Translations under genes and position numbers: made by a program | From: an uncultured Actinomycetota bacterium | GTDB lineage: Bacteria; Actinomycetota; Actinomycetes; JAHEKZ01 | Length of the DNA: 64,000 nucleotides | Assembly: GCA_963829525.1 (NCBI GenBank) | Contig: CAWHIJ010000003.1 | Span: 1,312,001 to 1,376,000, forward strand | Direction: 5' to 3' | In this document: positions 1 through 10,082 of the stretch, piece after piece | Numbering within the stretch: the stretch's first letter is position 1 | How the letters are laid out: each line of letters starts with the position of its first letter | The notes under the pieces: model-generated | Told to the model about the DNA's origin: nothing | Database searches by the model: none | The model's input: the letters and a program-made list of their open reading frames with translations, nothing else

Positions 1-123
1 CCCCGCCTTCTGACGGCGCAGCGTCCCGCGAGCAATGGCGGATTTCGTGCACTTTCAGCCCCGATGAGCAGGCGAAACCGACGGGAATCCTGCAATGGGG
101 GATCTTGTGCGGTGGTGTGAGAC

Positions 124-1266
124 ATGACAAGCCAAGGTCTCGAGGTATCAGTGTTGCGGATCGGCAACCTGGAGCTGCCGGTGCCGGTGGTGCTCGCGCC
201 CATGGCCGGCATCACTAACGCGGCGTTCCGGCGGCTCGCCGCCGAACAGGGTGCTGGCCTTTATGTCTGCGAGATGATCACCAGCCGCGGGCTCGTCGAA
301 CGCCAGGCTAAGACGCTCTCCATGCTGGCGTTCGATCCGTTGGAGACCACACGCTCGGTACAGCTGTACGGCGTCGACCCCCGGTACGTCGGTGAGGCGG
401 TGCGCATCCTCGTTGGCGAGTTCGGCGTCCACCATGTCGACTTCAACTTCGGCTGCCCGGTACCCAAGGTCACCCGCAAGGGAGGGGGAGCGGCGCTGCC
501 GTGGAAGCGCGACCTGCTGCACGCCATTCTCGCCGAGGCAGTTCGCGCCGCGGCGCCGAACGACGTTCCCGTCACGATGAAGACGCGCATGGGCATCGAC
601 CGTGAGCACCTCACCTACCTCGATGCTGGGAAGATCGCCGAAGACGTCGGATGCGCTGCCATCGCGCTGCACGGCCGCACCGCAGACCAACACTACTCAG
701 GTGACGCCGACTGGACGGCGATCGCTGCGCTCAAGCAACACGTCGGCATCCCGGTGCTCGGCAATGGCGACATCTGGGAAGCGCGCGATGCGCTGCGGAT
801 GCTGAAGGAGACCAGGTGCGACGGCGTCGTCGTCGGACGCGGGTGTCTGGGGCGCCCTTGGCTCTTTCGCGATCTTGCTGCCGCGTCTAACGGGCAGCCG
901 ATCCCCGACCCACCTCATCTCAACGAGGTGGTCGGCATGGTGCGCCGGCACGGCGAACTGCTGGCCGAGCTCATGGGCGAGGGGCGCGGCATGGCCGACC
1001 TCCGCAAGCACATGGCGTGGTACCTCAAGGGGTTCGTCGTAGGCGGTGAGACGCGTGCAGCGCTCGGCAGGGTCGCTACGCTCGCCGAGCTCGACGTACT
1101 ACTCAGCCAGATCGACGTCGACCAGCCCTTCCCGACATCGGAGGTAGGGATGCCGCGCGGGCGCCAGGGCTCGCCGCGTCGCGTGGTGCTCCCCGAGGGT
1201 TGGCTCGACACCCAGCGCTGTGACTTCCTGGACGCCGATGCCGAGCTCGACGTGAGCGGAGGCTGA
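124..1266 (+). CDS. dusB: tRNA-dihydrouridine synthase DusB
   Basis: LAPMAG, DFNFGCPVPKV and HGRT motifs; start may be GTG at 151. Confidence 0.93.
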   Translation: MTSQGLEVSVLRIGNLELPVPVVLAPMAGITNAAFRRLAAEQGAGLYVCEMITSRGLVERQAKTLSMLAFDPLETTRSVQLYGVDPRYVGEAVRILVGEFGVHHVDFNFGCPVPKVTRKGGGAALPWKRDLLHAILAEAVRAAAPNDVPVTMKTRMGIDREHLTYLDAGKIAEDVGCAAIALHGRTADQHYSGDADWTAIAALKQHVGIPVLGNGDIWEARDALRMLKETRCDGVVVGRGCLGRPWLFRDLAAASNGQPIPDPPHLNEVVGMVRRHGELLAELMGEGRGMADLRKHMAWYLKGFVVGGETRAALGRVATLAELDVLLSQIDVDQPFPTSEVGMPRGRQGSPRRVVLPEGWLDTQRCDFLDADAELDVSGG

Positions 1267-1273
1267 CGCGGTC

Positions 1274-3001
1274 TCAGTCGGTCGGGTCTGGCGGGTTCTC
1301 CTCGAGGTAGGCCTGCAGCGACTCGGTGTCCGCTGCCGTCCACCCCTCCGGCGGCAGAACTTCCGCCCACGCGTCCACCGATATCAGGCCGAAACGATGC
1401 CCGTGACCGTTGGGGACGTTGTTGGCGACGGCCAAGTCTGCCGAGACTTGGAAGAAGGTCACGAACGGGATCCAGGTCATCGCCGTGGACCGGTCCGGCC
1501 CGGGGTCCTCGTTCAGCCAGTCGGGCCGGTGGAGCAGGAGCTGAGGAGACCACCAACTGATGGGATCTGATGCGTGCTGGAGGTACATCACCTTCGGGGG
1601 CTCCCAAGGTGCAGGAATGTTGTCGAAGTCACCTGACTCGGCAGCGAACCTGACGGCCTGACCTTGCTCGAAGACCGGCTGCCACTCTGGCGAGCCGGCC
1701 TCCCGCAGGCCACGGAACTCTTTGGCGAGCGTGTTGTCGGCTGGCGGGCCCATGAAGACGATCCCGTCGGTCCGGTTCTGCATGTCCGCAGATCCGCTGA
1801 ACGCCGTCTCTCCGCCGAAGGAGCCGAGACTCTCGCCGAACACGACGAGCTTGGGCCTCGTCTTTCGAGGCATGCCCTCCCACTCTCCGTAGACGGCGTC
1901 GAAGAGGGCACGGCCGGAGTCTCTGGCCCGTGACTTGTCGACGAGGAACGAGAGCCAGCTTGGGAGGTAGGAGTACTGCATAGCGATCGTCGCGGTGTCG
2001 CCGCCGTACATGAACTCCAGTGGCCAGATCGCCTGGTCGTCGACCCACCCACTGCCCGTGGTGTTCCCGATGACCAGCACTTCGCGATCAAATCCGCCAA
2101 GACGTTCAAGCTCGTCCAAGGCGACTTGCGCCCGGACGCGTGAGTCGTCGCTTGCATCCAAGCCCGCATAGGCGCGCACCGGCGAAAGGGCGGCGGCGCC
2201 GGTGTATGCCTGGATCTGCTCGGGAGTCGGCGCACCCGCCACGTAGTCGCGACCGGTACGTCCGAGGGACTCCCAGGTGACACCGGACGCTGGACCACCC
2301 GAAACCGTGTCAGCTGTCGGTCGTCCGGTGTCAGGGAAGCTGTTCTGGTTGGTCGCCGCGAAGACTTCATCCATAGCATTCAGCGCACCGGCCACCACGA
2401 CGTCACTGATGAATGACGTGACCAGCATCACCACGGCGACGACCGCGAGCCCCTTGGCGATCTTGGGTGGCAGAAAACGCTGCAGCTGCCGAAGCAGCCA
2501 ACGGAAGAAGCGGCGGATTCCGCGTCCGATCGCCATGAAGAGAACGAACACGATCAACGCCACGAGGAGTGCGGCCCCCGACGAAGGGTAGCCGGCGTCC
2601 TTCATCCCCATCAGATCACGGAGGTCGGCCTGCCAGATCTGGCCGAAGGTCAGTGCGACGACGCTGCCGATCACGGCCACGACCCACAGCACGCGCCACG
2701 CCGTTCGCCAGCCGTCATCTGAAGGGCGACGGTCGGTGAACTGCACCACGGTCCACGTGATCGCGATCCCGAAGGCATAACCGATCACACCGGCCACACC
2801 CGCGACCAGTCCCTGGAACAAGCCACTGCGTGGGATCAGACTGGGGGTGAAGGAGAGCCATGCGAAGGCGAAAGCGACAGCGACGCCCCCGAAGTCGTAG
2901 GTCAGCCATGATGGCCAGTGGCGGTGCTTAAGTGGCGGGGATACTTCATCCCCGGGGTCACCCGATGCGTCGGGTGCATCAGTTTCGGCAACAGTCGACA
3001 T
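1274..3001 (-). CDS. membrane-anchored alpha/beta-hydrolase family protein (Abhydrolase_9-like)
   Basis: N-terminal TM helices, TTGSGWVD, QYSYLPSW and GESLG nucleophile motif; start trimmed to ATG 3001 so it does not overlap ppdK. Confidence 0.85.
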   Translation of the reverse strand: MSTVAETDAPDASGDPGDEVSPPLKHRHWPSWLTYDFGGVAVAFAFAWLSFTPSLIPRSGLFQGLVAGVAGVIGYAFGIAITWTVVQFTDRRPSDDGWRTAWRVLWVVAVIGSVVALTFGQIWQADLRDLMGMKDAGYPSSGAALLVALIVFVLFMAIGRGIRRFFRWLLRQLQRFLPPKIAKGLAVVAVVMLVTSFISDVVVAGALNAMDEVFAATNQNSFPDTGRPTADTVSGGPASGVTWESLGRTGRDYVAGAPTPEQIQAYTGAAALSPVRAYAGLDASDDSRVRAQVALDELERLGGFDREVLVIGNTTGSGWVDDQAIWPLEFMYGGDTATIAMQYSYLPSWLSFLVDKSRARDSGRALFDAVYGEWEGMPRKTRPKLVVFGESLGSFGGETAFSGSADMQNRTDGIVFMGPPADNTLAKEFRGLREAGSPEWQPVFEQGQAVRFAAESGDFDNIPAPWEPPKVMYLQHASDPISWWSPQLLLHRPDWLNEDPGPDRSTAMTWIPFVTFFQVSADLAVANNVPNGHGHRFGLISVDAWAEVLPPEGWTAADTESLQAYLEENPPDPTD

Positions 3002-3112
3002 GCATGCTCCTGGTGTGAGGTGTCCCACGCCCATGATGGGCCTTCTGGCCCGGGCCACGCATGCCGACGCGCAGATACGGTAAGGACACGAACCAGCAGC
3101 CGGGGAGGCCCC

Positions 3113-5803
3113 ATGCGCTATGTCTACGCGTTCGCCGAAGGCAGCAAAGATGACAAAGACCTGCTCGGCGGGAAAGGGGCGAACCTTGCAGAGATGACGT
3201 CGCTGGGACTCCCAGTCCCTCCCGGTTTCACCATCACCACCGAGGCGTGCCGAGCCTTCCGCACACTGGGGCAGGCCCCGGAGGGGCTGGGGGCAGAGAT
3301 ACGAGAACATCTTGGCCGGCTTGAGGAAGCGATGGGACGCCGCTTGGGGGATGTCGCAGCCCCTCTGCTGATCTCGGTTCGGTCCGGTGCCAAGTTCTCG
3401 ATGCCGGGAATGATGGAGACCGTCCTCAACATCGGGCTCAACGACGAGACGGTGCTGGCTGGTGCCGCTGGGTCCAGCGATGAGCGTTTTGCGTGGGACT
3501 CCTACCGCAGGCTGCTGCAGATGTTCGGTCGAACGGTCCTCGACGTGCCTGGCCAGCGATTCGACATCGTTCTCGACAAGGCCAAGGCCGATTCCGGGGC
3601 AGCCCGCGACATCGACCTGACGCCAGATCAGCTTCGCGAAGTCGTCGCGGAGTACAAGGCCGTCATCGTCGAGAGCACCGGGCATCCTTTCCCGCAGGAC
3701 CCTCTCGATCAGCTCGATGCAGCCGTCCTGGCTGTTTTTCGTTCTTGGGACGGCGACCGTGCCAAGCTCTACCGGCGCCAAGAAGGAATCCCCGACGACC
3801 TCGGGACAGCCGTCAACGTCATGGCCATGGTCTTCGGCAACCGCGGAGACGACAGCGGCACCGGGGTTGCCTTCACCCGCGACCCGGCGAGCGGAGCCGC
3901 CGGAGCCTACGGCGACTACCTGCCGAATGCGCAGGGTGAAGACGTTGTCTCCGGAATCCGCAACACGATGTCGCTCGACGACCTCGCACAGCGTCACCCC
4001 GAACAGCACGATCAGCTACTCGCAAACATGAACCGACTCGAGACGCACTACCGCGATCTGTGTGACATCGAGTTCACCATCGAGCGTGGACGGCTCTGGA
4101 TGCTGCAGACCCGGGTCGGAAAGCGGACGCCAGAAGCGGCCTTCCGCATCGCCATCCAGCTCGTCGACGAGGGCTTGATCGACATGGATGAGGCGCTGCG
4201 GCGCGTCAGCGGTGCGCAGCTGGCTCGGCTGATGTTCCCGCAGGTAGATCCGGCGGAGGCTGGCCGACCGTGGGTGACCGGAGTACCGGCGTCACCTGGT
4301 GCCGCGGTGGGCAGGGCGGTCTTCGACTCCAAGCGGGCGGCCGTCCGGGCCGCCGCGGGGGAGCAGGTCGTCCTCGTGCGGCGCGAGACCAACCCCGAAG
4401 ATCTGGGCGGGATGATCGCGGCGCAAGGAATCCTCACCAGCCGAGGCGGTAAGACGTCACACGCAGCGGTGGTAGCGCGTGGCATGGGCAAGCCCTGCGT
4501 CGTGGGTGCTGAGTCTCTGGTGGTCGACGAAGATGCGCGCTTGGCGACGGGTCCAGATGGTCTCACTTTGAAGGAGGGGGACCCGATCTCGCTCGACGGC
4601 ATCGCTGGTGCGGTCTTCCGCGGGGAAGTCGCCGTAGTGCCGTCGCCGGTCGTCAGCTCGCTGGATTCCACCGAAGATGCTCGGCACGATGACGACCCGG
4701 TTGTCGCAGCCGTGGCGCGTCTGATGAAACACGCTGACCACGTACGTCGCCTTGGCGTTCGAGCGAACGCAGACACGGGAGAAGACGCCGCCCGCGCGCG
4801 GCGCATGGGGGCGTCCGGGGTAGGGCTTGCCCGTACTGAGCACATGTTCTTGGGTGACCGAAAGCAGCTGGTGGTGCGGCTGGTGCTCGCAAAGTCTGAT
4901 GCCGAGCGGGCGATCGTCTACGAAGAGCTGCTGCCGCTGCAGCGTCACGACTTCACCGACCTCTTGGCGGCCATGGATGGCCTACCTGTCATCGTCCGAT
5001 TGCTGGATCCGCCGCTTCACGAGTTTCTCCCCGATCTGACCGAGCTGTCGGTCAAAGTGGCTCTGGAGGACATCCGAGGTAACCACGACTCCGACCATCA
5101 TCAGCTGCTCGAGGCAGTACGTCTGATGCACGAAGCAAACCCGATGATGGGAATGCGCGGCGTCCGTCTGGGCTTGGTGCTTCCTGGGCTCTACGGACTT
5201 CAGGTACGGGCGATGGCAGAAGCCACCGCCGATCGTCTCGCAGCCGGGGGGTCGCCCCGCCCGGAGATCATGGTCCCTCTCGTGGCTGCGCGCACCGAGT
5301 TGGCTCTGGTTCGTGACGAGGCAGAGCGGGTGATCGCGGCCGTGGCAGAGGAGCGGGATGTCGAGCTCCAGATCCCGATCGGCACGATGATCGAGCTGCC
5401 ACGAGCTGCTGTGCGTGCCGGAGACCTTGCGCATGTTGCTGAGTTCTTCTCGTTCGGCAGCAACGACCTGACGCAGACGACGTGGGGATTCAGTCGTGAC
5501 GATGTGGAGGGCGCCTTCTTCACCACCTACCTGGACGCCAACATCTTCAGCGTTTCGCCCTTCGAGACGATCGACGCCGACGGAGTTGGGGCGCTCATCC
5601 GAATGGCTGTGGAGGCAGGACGTGCCGTCCGGCCATCGATGAGCCTCGGTGTCTGCGGCGAACACGGTGGTGATCCGGCGTCGGTGCACATGTTCCACGA
5701 CTGGGGACTCGACTACGTCTCGTGCTCGCCGTTCCGGGTGCCGATCGCACGACTGGAGGCGGGAAGGGCGGCGATTGCGGCTGACACCAGCGATACCCGC
5801 TGA
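3113..5803 (+). CDS. ppdK: pyruvate, phosphate dikinase
   Basis: LLGGKGANLAEM, SVRSGA, TSHAAVVAR phospho-His, GVCGEHGG; GGAGG RBS before ATG 3113. Confidence 0.97.
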   Translation: MRYVYAFAEGSKDDKDLLGGKGANLAEMTSLGLPVPPGFTITTEACRAFRTLGQAPEGLGAEIREHLGRLEEAMGRRLGDVAAPLLISVRSGAKFSMPGMMETVLNIGLNDETVLAGAAGSSDERFAWDSYRRLLQMFGRTVLDVPGQRFDIVLDKAKADSGAARDIDLTPDQLREVVAEYKAVIVESTGHPFPQDPLDQLDAAVLAVFRSWDGDRAKLYRRQEGIPDDLGTAVNVMAMVFGNRGDDSGTGVAFTRDPASGAAGAYGDYLPNAQGEDVVSGIRNTMSLDDLAQRHPEQHDQLLANMNRLETHYRDLCDIEFTIERGRLWMLQTRVGKRTPEAAFRIAIQLVDEGLIDMDEALRRVSGAQLARLMFPQVDPAEAGRPWVTGVPASPGAAVGRAVFDSKRAAVRAAAGEQVVLVRRETNPEDLGGMIAAQGILTSRGGKTSHAAVVARGMGKPCVVGAESLVVDEDARLATGPDGLTLKEGDPISLDGIAGAVFRGEVAVVPSPVVSSLDSTEDARHDDDPVVAAVARLMKHADHVRRLGVRANADTGEDAARARRMGASGVGLARTEHMFLGDRKQLVVRLVLAKSDAERAIVYEELLPLQRHDFTDLLAAMDGLPVIVRLLDPPLHEFLPDLTELSVKVALEDIRGNHDSDHHQLLEAVRLMHEANPMMGMRGVRLGLVLPGLYGLQVRAMAEATADRLAAGGSPRPEIMVPLVAARTELALVRDEAERVIAAVAEERDVELQIPIGTMIELPRAAVRAGDLAHVAEFFSFGSNDLTQTTWGFSRDDVEGAFFTTYLDANIFSVSPFETIDADGVGALIRMAVEAGRAVRPSMSLGVCGEHGGDPASVHMFHDWGLDYVSCSPFRVPIARLEAGRAAIAADTSDTR

Positions 5804-5835
5804 GGTTGCGCCCGCAGTCGCGTAGGGTCCGAGGA

Positions 5836-7071
5836 ATGGGCGAGACTGTGCAGGGATACGACGACGCAGACGTCGCGCGGCGCGTCGTCGAGAGCGGCAA
5901 GAGCAGCAGACGGAACGCCTTCGCACGCGACCGCGCCCGTGTCTTGCACTCCTGGTCGTTGCGCCGGTTGGCCGCCAAGACGCAGGTCGTCGTCCCCTGG
6001 GAGAGCGACTTTCCGCGCACCCGGCTCACGCACTCACTCGAGGTAGCTCAGATCGGTCGCGAGCTGGGTCAAACGTTGGGGTGCAATCCGGACCTGGTCG
6101 AGACGGCGGGGCTGGCGCACGACCTCGGGCACCCGCCGTTCGGGCACAACGGTGAGCAGGCCTTGGATGAGGTTGCGCAAGCGTGCGGTGGTTTTGAAGG
6201 GAATGCCCAGAGCCTGCGGATCCTCGCGCGGCTGGAGACAAAGAAGTTGGACGACTTCGGCGCCAGTGTCGGGCTCAACCTGACCAGGGCGACCCTGGAC
6301 GCCTCCACCAAGTACCCGTGGCCCAGGTCACCTGAGCGCCGCAAGTACGGCGTCTATGCCGCAGACATGGCCGCATTCGAATGGTTACGGGACAACGCCC
6401 CGGGCGACAGGCGCTGCATGGAGGCCCAGGTGATGGATTGGGCCGATGACATCGCCTACTCGGTGCATGACTTCGAGGACGCGGTCCATGCAGGCCATCT
6501 GCCGCTGGCCGCACTGCACGACCCTGTCGAGCGCAAGGCGCTTGTTGATCTCACGCAACAGAGGTTTGCGGCTTTGCTCGAGTGGGGTGAGCTTGAAGCA
6601 GCGTTGGACCGATTGCTGACGTTGCCCTACTGGCCACGTGCCTACGACGAGAGCCATCGCGCGATGGCCGAGCTCAAGAGCACCACGAGCGAGCTGATCG
6701 GTCGATTCTGCTTGTCGGCTGAGGAGGCGACGCGTGCTGCGAGTGGCGACAGCCCACTGCGCCGCTACCAGGCAGACCTGGTCGTTCCCGATGGGGTCCG
6801 TGCAGAGTGTGCAGTATTGAAGGCCATCACGGCGCAGTACGTCATGCTTCGTAAGGGCGCCCCCGAGCGATACGCGCAGCAGCGCGAGATCGTCACCGAG
6901 CTAACCCACCTGTTGATGCTCGGTGCTCCTGTCACCCTTGAGCCTATGTTCGCCGAGTGGTTTGGCCAGGCTCCGGATGACGCCGGACGGTTGCGTGCCG
7001 TGATAGACCAAGTGGCGTCGTTGACCGACACGGCAGCGCTCGCCATGTTTGGCAAGCTGCGCTCGCGGTGA
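5836..7071 (+). CDS. dgt: deoxyguanosinetriphosphate triphosphohydrolase
   Basis: RTRLTHSLEV, HDLGHPPFGH, FEGNAQ and ADDIAYSVHD motifs. Confidence 0.95.
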   Translation: MGETVQGYDDADVARRVVESGKSSRRNAFARDRARVLHSWSLRRLAAKTQVVVPWESDFPRTRLTHSLEVAQIGRELGQTLGCNPDLVETAGLAHDLGHPPFGHNGEQALDEVAQACGGFEGNAQSLRILARLETKKLDDFGASVGLNLTRATLDASTKYPWPRSPERRKYGVYAADMAAFEWLRDNAPGDRRCMEAQVMDWADDIAYSVHDFEDAVHAGHLPLAALHDPVERKALVDLTQQRFAALLEWGELEAALDRLLTLPYWPRAYDESHRAMAELKSTTSELIGRFCLSAEEATRAASGDSPLRRYQADLVVPDGVRAECAVLKAITAQYVMLRKGAPERYAQQREIVTELTHLLMLGAPVTLEPMFAEWFGQAPDDAGRLRAVIDQVASLTDTAALAMFGKLRSR

Positions 7072-7514
7072 CCGTCGACATCAGGCGAGTCAACGCCGCT
7101 GTCGTCCGTCCACTCCGGCACTCGGTGTTGCGACCGGCGCGGGACTTGTCGGAGTCGGTTTACCCCATCGACGACTTGGCGGAGACGATCCACCTCGCCG
7201 CCTTTGACGGCGCGGTCGTCATAGGTACAGCAACTGTCTTTTCGGAGCCCCATGAGGGGCATGCCGCCTGGCGGCTGCGTGGCATGGCGGTGGCGGAGTC
7301 ACGTAGAGGAACGGGTGTTGGCTCAGCGCTCATGATCGAGGTGATGCGTCAGGTGCGCGAGCAAGGCAGTGACGTTCTCTGGTGCAACGCCCGCACAGTT
7401 GCATTGCCGTTCTACGCCCGCCACGGCTTTGCCGCCGTGGGCGATGAGTTCCTCGCCGCCCACGGCGTCCCGCACTACCTAGCCGTCCTCAAGATGGCTG
7501 CGGATCAGGGTTGA
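7068..7514 (+). CDS. GNAT family N-acetyltransferase
   Basis: LRGMAV..RRGTGVG and WCNAR..A..FY motifs; overlaps the dgt stop. Confidence 0.88.
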   Translation: MTVDIRRVNAAVVRPLRHSVLRPARDLSESVYPIDDLAETIHLAAFDGAVVIGTATVFSEPHEGHAAWRLRGMAVAESRRGTGVGSALMIEVMRQVREQGSDVLWCNARTVALPFYARHGFAAVGDEFLAAHGVPHYLAVLKMAADQG

Positions 7515-7932
7515 GCCCCGTTCGCCACTCGTCAGCATCGAAGAATCCAGCGATGTCACTGACGCTTAGGAATCCGACGATGGTCTCGCCCGATAGAACG
7601 GGTACCCGTCGCATGGAGTGCTTAGTCATCTGCTGGGCCGCCCACCGCACATCGTCGTCGGGAGCGACGGTGATGAACTCAGTGGGACAGATCTCGCCGA
7701 CCAGAGTCCGCCCGGAAATGGACGAGGAAGCTAGACGGGCCGACAGCGCGCGGTCGGCAACGACACCGACGGGGCGGCCGCTTTCGGTAATCACCACTTC
7801 GCTCGTCCGGTGCTTGCGCATGATTCGGGAAGCAGCCTCGACCGTCTGTTCAACGTCAAGATAGATGACAGGACCAGTCATCACCTCGGACACCTGGGGA
7901 ATTGGGGTGGTTATCTCGCCGGGTGCGGTCAT
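7489..7932 (-). CDS. CBS domain protein
   Basis: Tandem CBS repeats (VSEVMT, RRVPV, VGFLSVSDI). Confidence 0.85.
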   Translation of the reverse strand: MTAPGEITTPIPQVSEVMTGPVIYLDVEQTVEAASRIMRKHRTSEVVITESGRPVGVVADRALSARLASSSISGRTLVGEICPTEFITVAPDDDVRWAAQQMTKHSMRRVPVLSGETIVGFLSVSDIAGFFDADEWRTGLNPDPQPS

Positions 7933-8483
7933 GACGGATCCGCCGTCACGGCGTGGGTCAACTCGTTGCGGGTCATGGAGCGGATTCCGCTGATCCCCTC
8001 GTTGCGGCCCTGCTGTTCAAGCTGCCGACGCGTCAGGGGCTCTGAGATAGAGGTCAGCACGGCCGACCGGGCAAGAGCGAACGCGGCGCCCAGAGCGTGC
8101 TGTTGCTCGATGGGCAGCTTGTCCGCTTCGGTCAGAACCGATTCTTCTTCTTCCTCGATGTGATGGTCTACTGCTTCGACGAGAGATTTCAGCGTGCGAT
8201 CGAAGGCATCGTCGTCGAGCTCATCTTGGACCAGCTTCTCGACCAGACGGTCCGCCTCAGCGTGTTCGTGCTGGCTATGGGCCACTTCGCCAGCTGCCCC
8301 CGTGTCACGGCGGAGTACTGGATAGACCTCCGACTCTTCGGCGCGGCTATGCGCGGCAAGAAGTGCGAGGAGTACGGGTGCGGTTAGCGGCCGGCTCTGA
8401 CGACTCTCCAGCTCCGTGAAAAGGCGACGCATTTCGCGGTGGTCCTCCCTGATGAGGGCACCTACGGGGAACTGAGTCTTCAT
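7929..8483 (-). CDS. hemerythrin/HHE domain protein with C-terminal Rho-N-like helix motif
   Basis: DH, HSRAEE, EH and HHIEEEE motifs; AAGGAG RBS before ATG 8483. Confidence 0.85.
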   Translation of the reverse strand: MKTQFPVGALIREDHREMRRLFTELESRQSRPLTAPVLLALLAAHSRAEESEVYPVLRRDTGAAGEVAHSQHEHAEADRLVEKLVQDELDDDAFDRTLKSLVEAVDHHIEEEEESVLTEADKLPIEQQHALGAAFALARSAVLTSISEPLTRRQLEQQGRNEGISGIRSMTRNELTHAVTADPS

Positions 8484-8542
8484 AGTCGCTCCTTGACGGG
8501 GTGGCTTGTATCGCGGGTACTGAATCGCAACCAGGAGGCACC

Positions 8543-8568
8543 TACCCATGGCCCCCGACGGCGAAACC
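8543..8568 (-). promoter_or_regulatory. SigF/SigB-type promoter for the hemerythrin-CBS pair
   Basis: GGTTT-N16-GGGTA on the minus strand. Confidence 0.6.
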
Positions 8569-8641
8569 TGGGAGCGGGAGGAAGCGCGAGTCGGCGGGTA
8601 GTGGCACGATGCGCACACGGTCCGACGCAGAGGAGTACTAG

Positions 8642-9478
8642 GTGTCAGAAGCAAGCATCCCGAACGTGCAGCTCAACGACGGAGCCAGTCTCCCAGCGCT
8701 GGGATTCGGGACGTGGGACCTGCGGGGAGCCGCGGCGTCGCAGTCAGTCGCAGGTGCCCTTGAGCATGGCTACCGACTGATCGACTCAGCAGTCAACTAC
8801 GGGAACGAGCGAGAAGTCGGACGAGCTGTCGCCGAGAGGACGGATCTCGGTGACTCGGTAGTCGTCACCACCAAGCTTCCCGGCCGCGACCACGGGTACG
8901 ACCAGACGCTGCGCTCGTTCGAAGGTTCACTCGAGCGGCTAGGTCGCGTCGACCTCTACCTCATCCACTGGCCAAACCCCCGGCGCGGCCGGTATGTCGA
9001 TACCTGGCGCGCGATGGTCGAGCTCCAGCTTCAGGGGCGCGTCCGAACGATTGGGGTCTCGAACTTTACCGAGCAGCACCTGCATCAAGTCGCCGATGCG
9101 ACCGGGGTGATGCCGGCGGTGAACCAGATCGAGTTGCACCCGCACTTCTCGCAGGCTGCACTTTGCAGAGTTCATCGCGAGCTGGGCATCCTTACCGAGA
9201 GCTGGAGCCCACTCGGAGAAGGAAAGTCGTTCGGTGAAGCCTCGATCGCAGGTCCGGCCACCAAGTACGGTCGAACGCCTGCGCAGATCGTGCTGCGGTG
9301 GCACATTCAGTTGGGCGTCATTCCACTGCCGAAGTCGGCCAATCCAGCGCGGCAGGCGGAGAACGCAGGCATCTTCGATTTCGCTCTAACTGAGTCCGAG
9401 GTCGCTGCCATCTCAGCGCTGAGTCAGCCTGACGGCCGTCTCTGGGGTGGCGACCCCATGACCAACGAAGAAATGTGA
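8642..9478 (+). CDS. aldo/keto reductase
   Basis: LGFGTW, GYRLIDSA, DLYLIHWP, IGVSNF and PLPKS motifs. Confidence 0.93.
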   Translation: MSEASIPNVQLNDGASLPALGFGTWDLRGAAASQSVAGALEHGYRLIDSAVNYGNEREVGRAVAERTDLGDSVVVTTKLPGRDHGYDQTLRSFEGSLERLGRVDLYLIHWPNPRRGRYVDTWRAMVELQLQGRVRTIGVSNFTEQHLHQVADATGVMPAVNQIELHPHFSQAALCRVHRELGILTESWSPLGEGKSFGEASIAGPATKYGRTPAQIVLRWHIQLGVIPLPKSANPARQAENAGIFDFALTESEVAAISALSQPDGRLWGGDPMTNEEM

Positions 9479-9483
9479 GATCG

Positions 9484-9648
9484 CTAGGGACCAACCAGTG
9501 ATGCACGTGACCACGGGTCAGGCTGAATCAGCTCACGCCGGGAGAGCTCCACGAGAGTGACCAGGCCAGCCCGACCATAGCGATTACGGGTTTGCTCCAC
9601 GAGAGCGCGAAGTTCGGGGTCCACCACCAGCATGCTGTTGGTTTGCAT
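9484..9648 (-). CDS. small hypothetical protein (54 aa)
   Basis: GAGGAG RBS, upstream SigF-like promoter, fills the intergenic gap. Confidence 0.5.
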   Translation of the reverse strand: MQTNSMLVVDPELRALVEQTRNRYGRAGLVTLVELSRRELIQPDPWSRASLVGP

Positions 9649-9722
9649 GAAGGAGCTCCTCTGAATCGTGATGTCGCTCTGCCAGCTGAGTGAGCCGACA
9701 GATGGCATTTCAGTGCCAGGAA

Positions 9723-9811
9723 TACCCAGGTGTCCCGCCGCCAAACCATGAGTAGGGGTCGTCGAGGTACCGGCCTCCCGTCGAGTCGTTTGGAAGGTAT
9801 TCGGAGGGGTA
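9723..9811. promoter_or_regulatory. divergent pair of SigF/SigB-type promoters
   Basis: GGTTT-N15-GGGTA on minus (9723-9747) and GTTT-N15-GGGTA on plus (9788-9811). Confidence 0.6.
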
Positions 9812-9858
9812 AGCCGCTGAAGTCAGGACTACTCACCAAGCAAATAGGGAGGCATTCC

Positions 9859-10008
9859 ATGTGCGCATCTTGTGGCTGTGGCGAGCCGAATGAACAGCAC
9901 CAGGATTCCGCCAACATCACCGGCACGCAGATTCAAGCAGCAGCGTCTTCAGCCGGGATCAGTGCAGAGCAGGCTGCCCAGAACATGCTGGACAGCGTCC
10001 GCAGCTGA
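9859..10008 (+). CDS. small Cys-rich protein (MCASCGCG..., 49 aa)
   Basis: GGGAGG RBS, CxxCxC N-terminus, followed by a terminator hairpin. Confidence 0.75.
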   Translation: MCASCGCGEPNEQHQDSANITGTQIQAAASSAGISAEQAAQNMLDSVRS

Positions 10009-10025
10009 GTAGTTGCGGGGGAGGG

Positions 10026-10057
10026 TCGACCGGGTGCAGAACCCGGTCGATTCTTCT
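10026..10057 (+). terminator. intrinsic terminator hairpin
   Basis: TCGACCGGGT-gcaga-ACCCGGTCGA followed by TTCTTCT, between convergent genes. Confidence 0.7.
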
Positions 10058-10082
10058 GCGTTGCAGCAGCCGCGAGCCGGGC

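Noticed and set aside
38-95. Hammerhead-like CCGATGAG..CGAAA
   Set aside because: The core is CCGA rather than CUGA, and stems I/III and an NUH site cannot be formed; more likely an imperfect intergenic inverted repeat
3002-4009. Long N-terminal extension of the 911-aa minus-strand ORF
   Set aside because: Antisense shadow of ppdK; the real start is 3001
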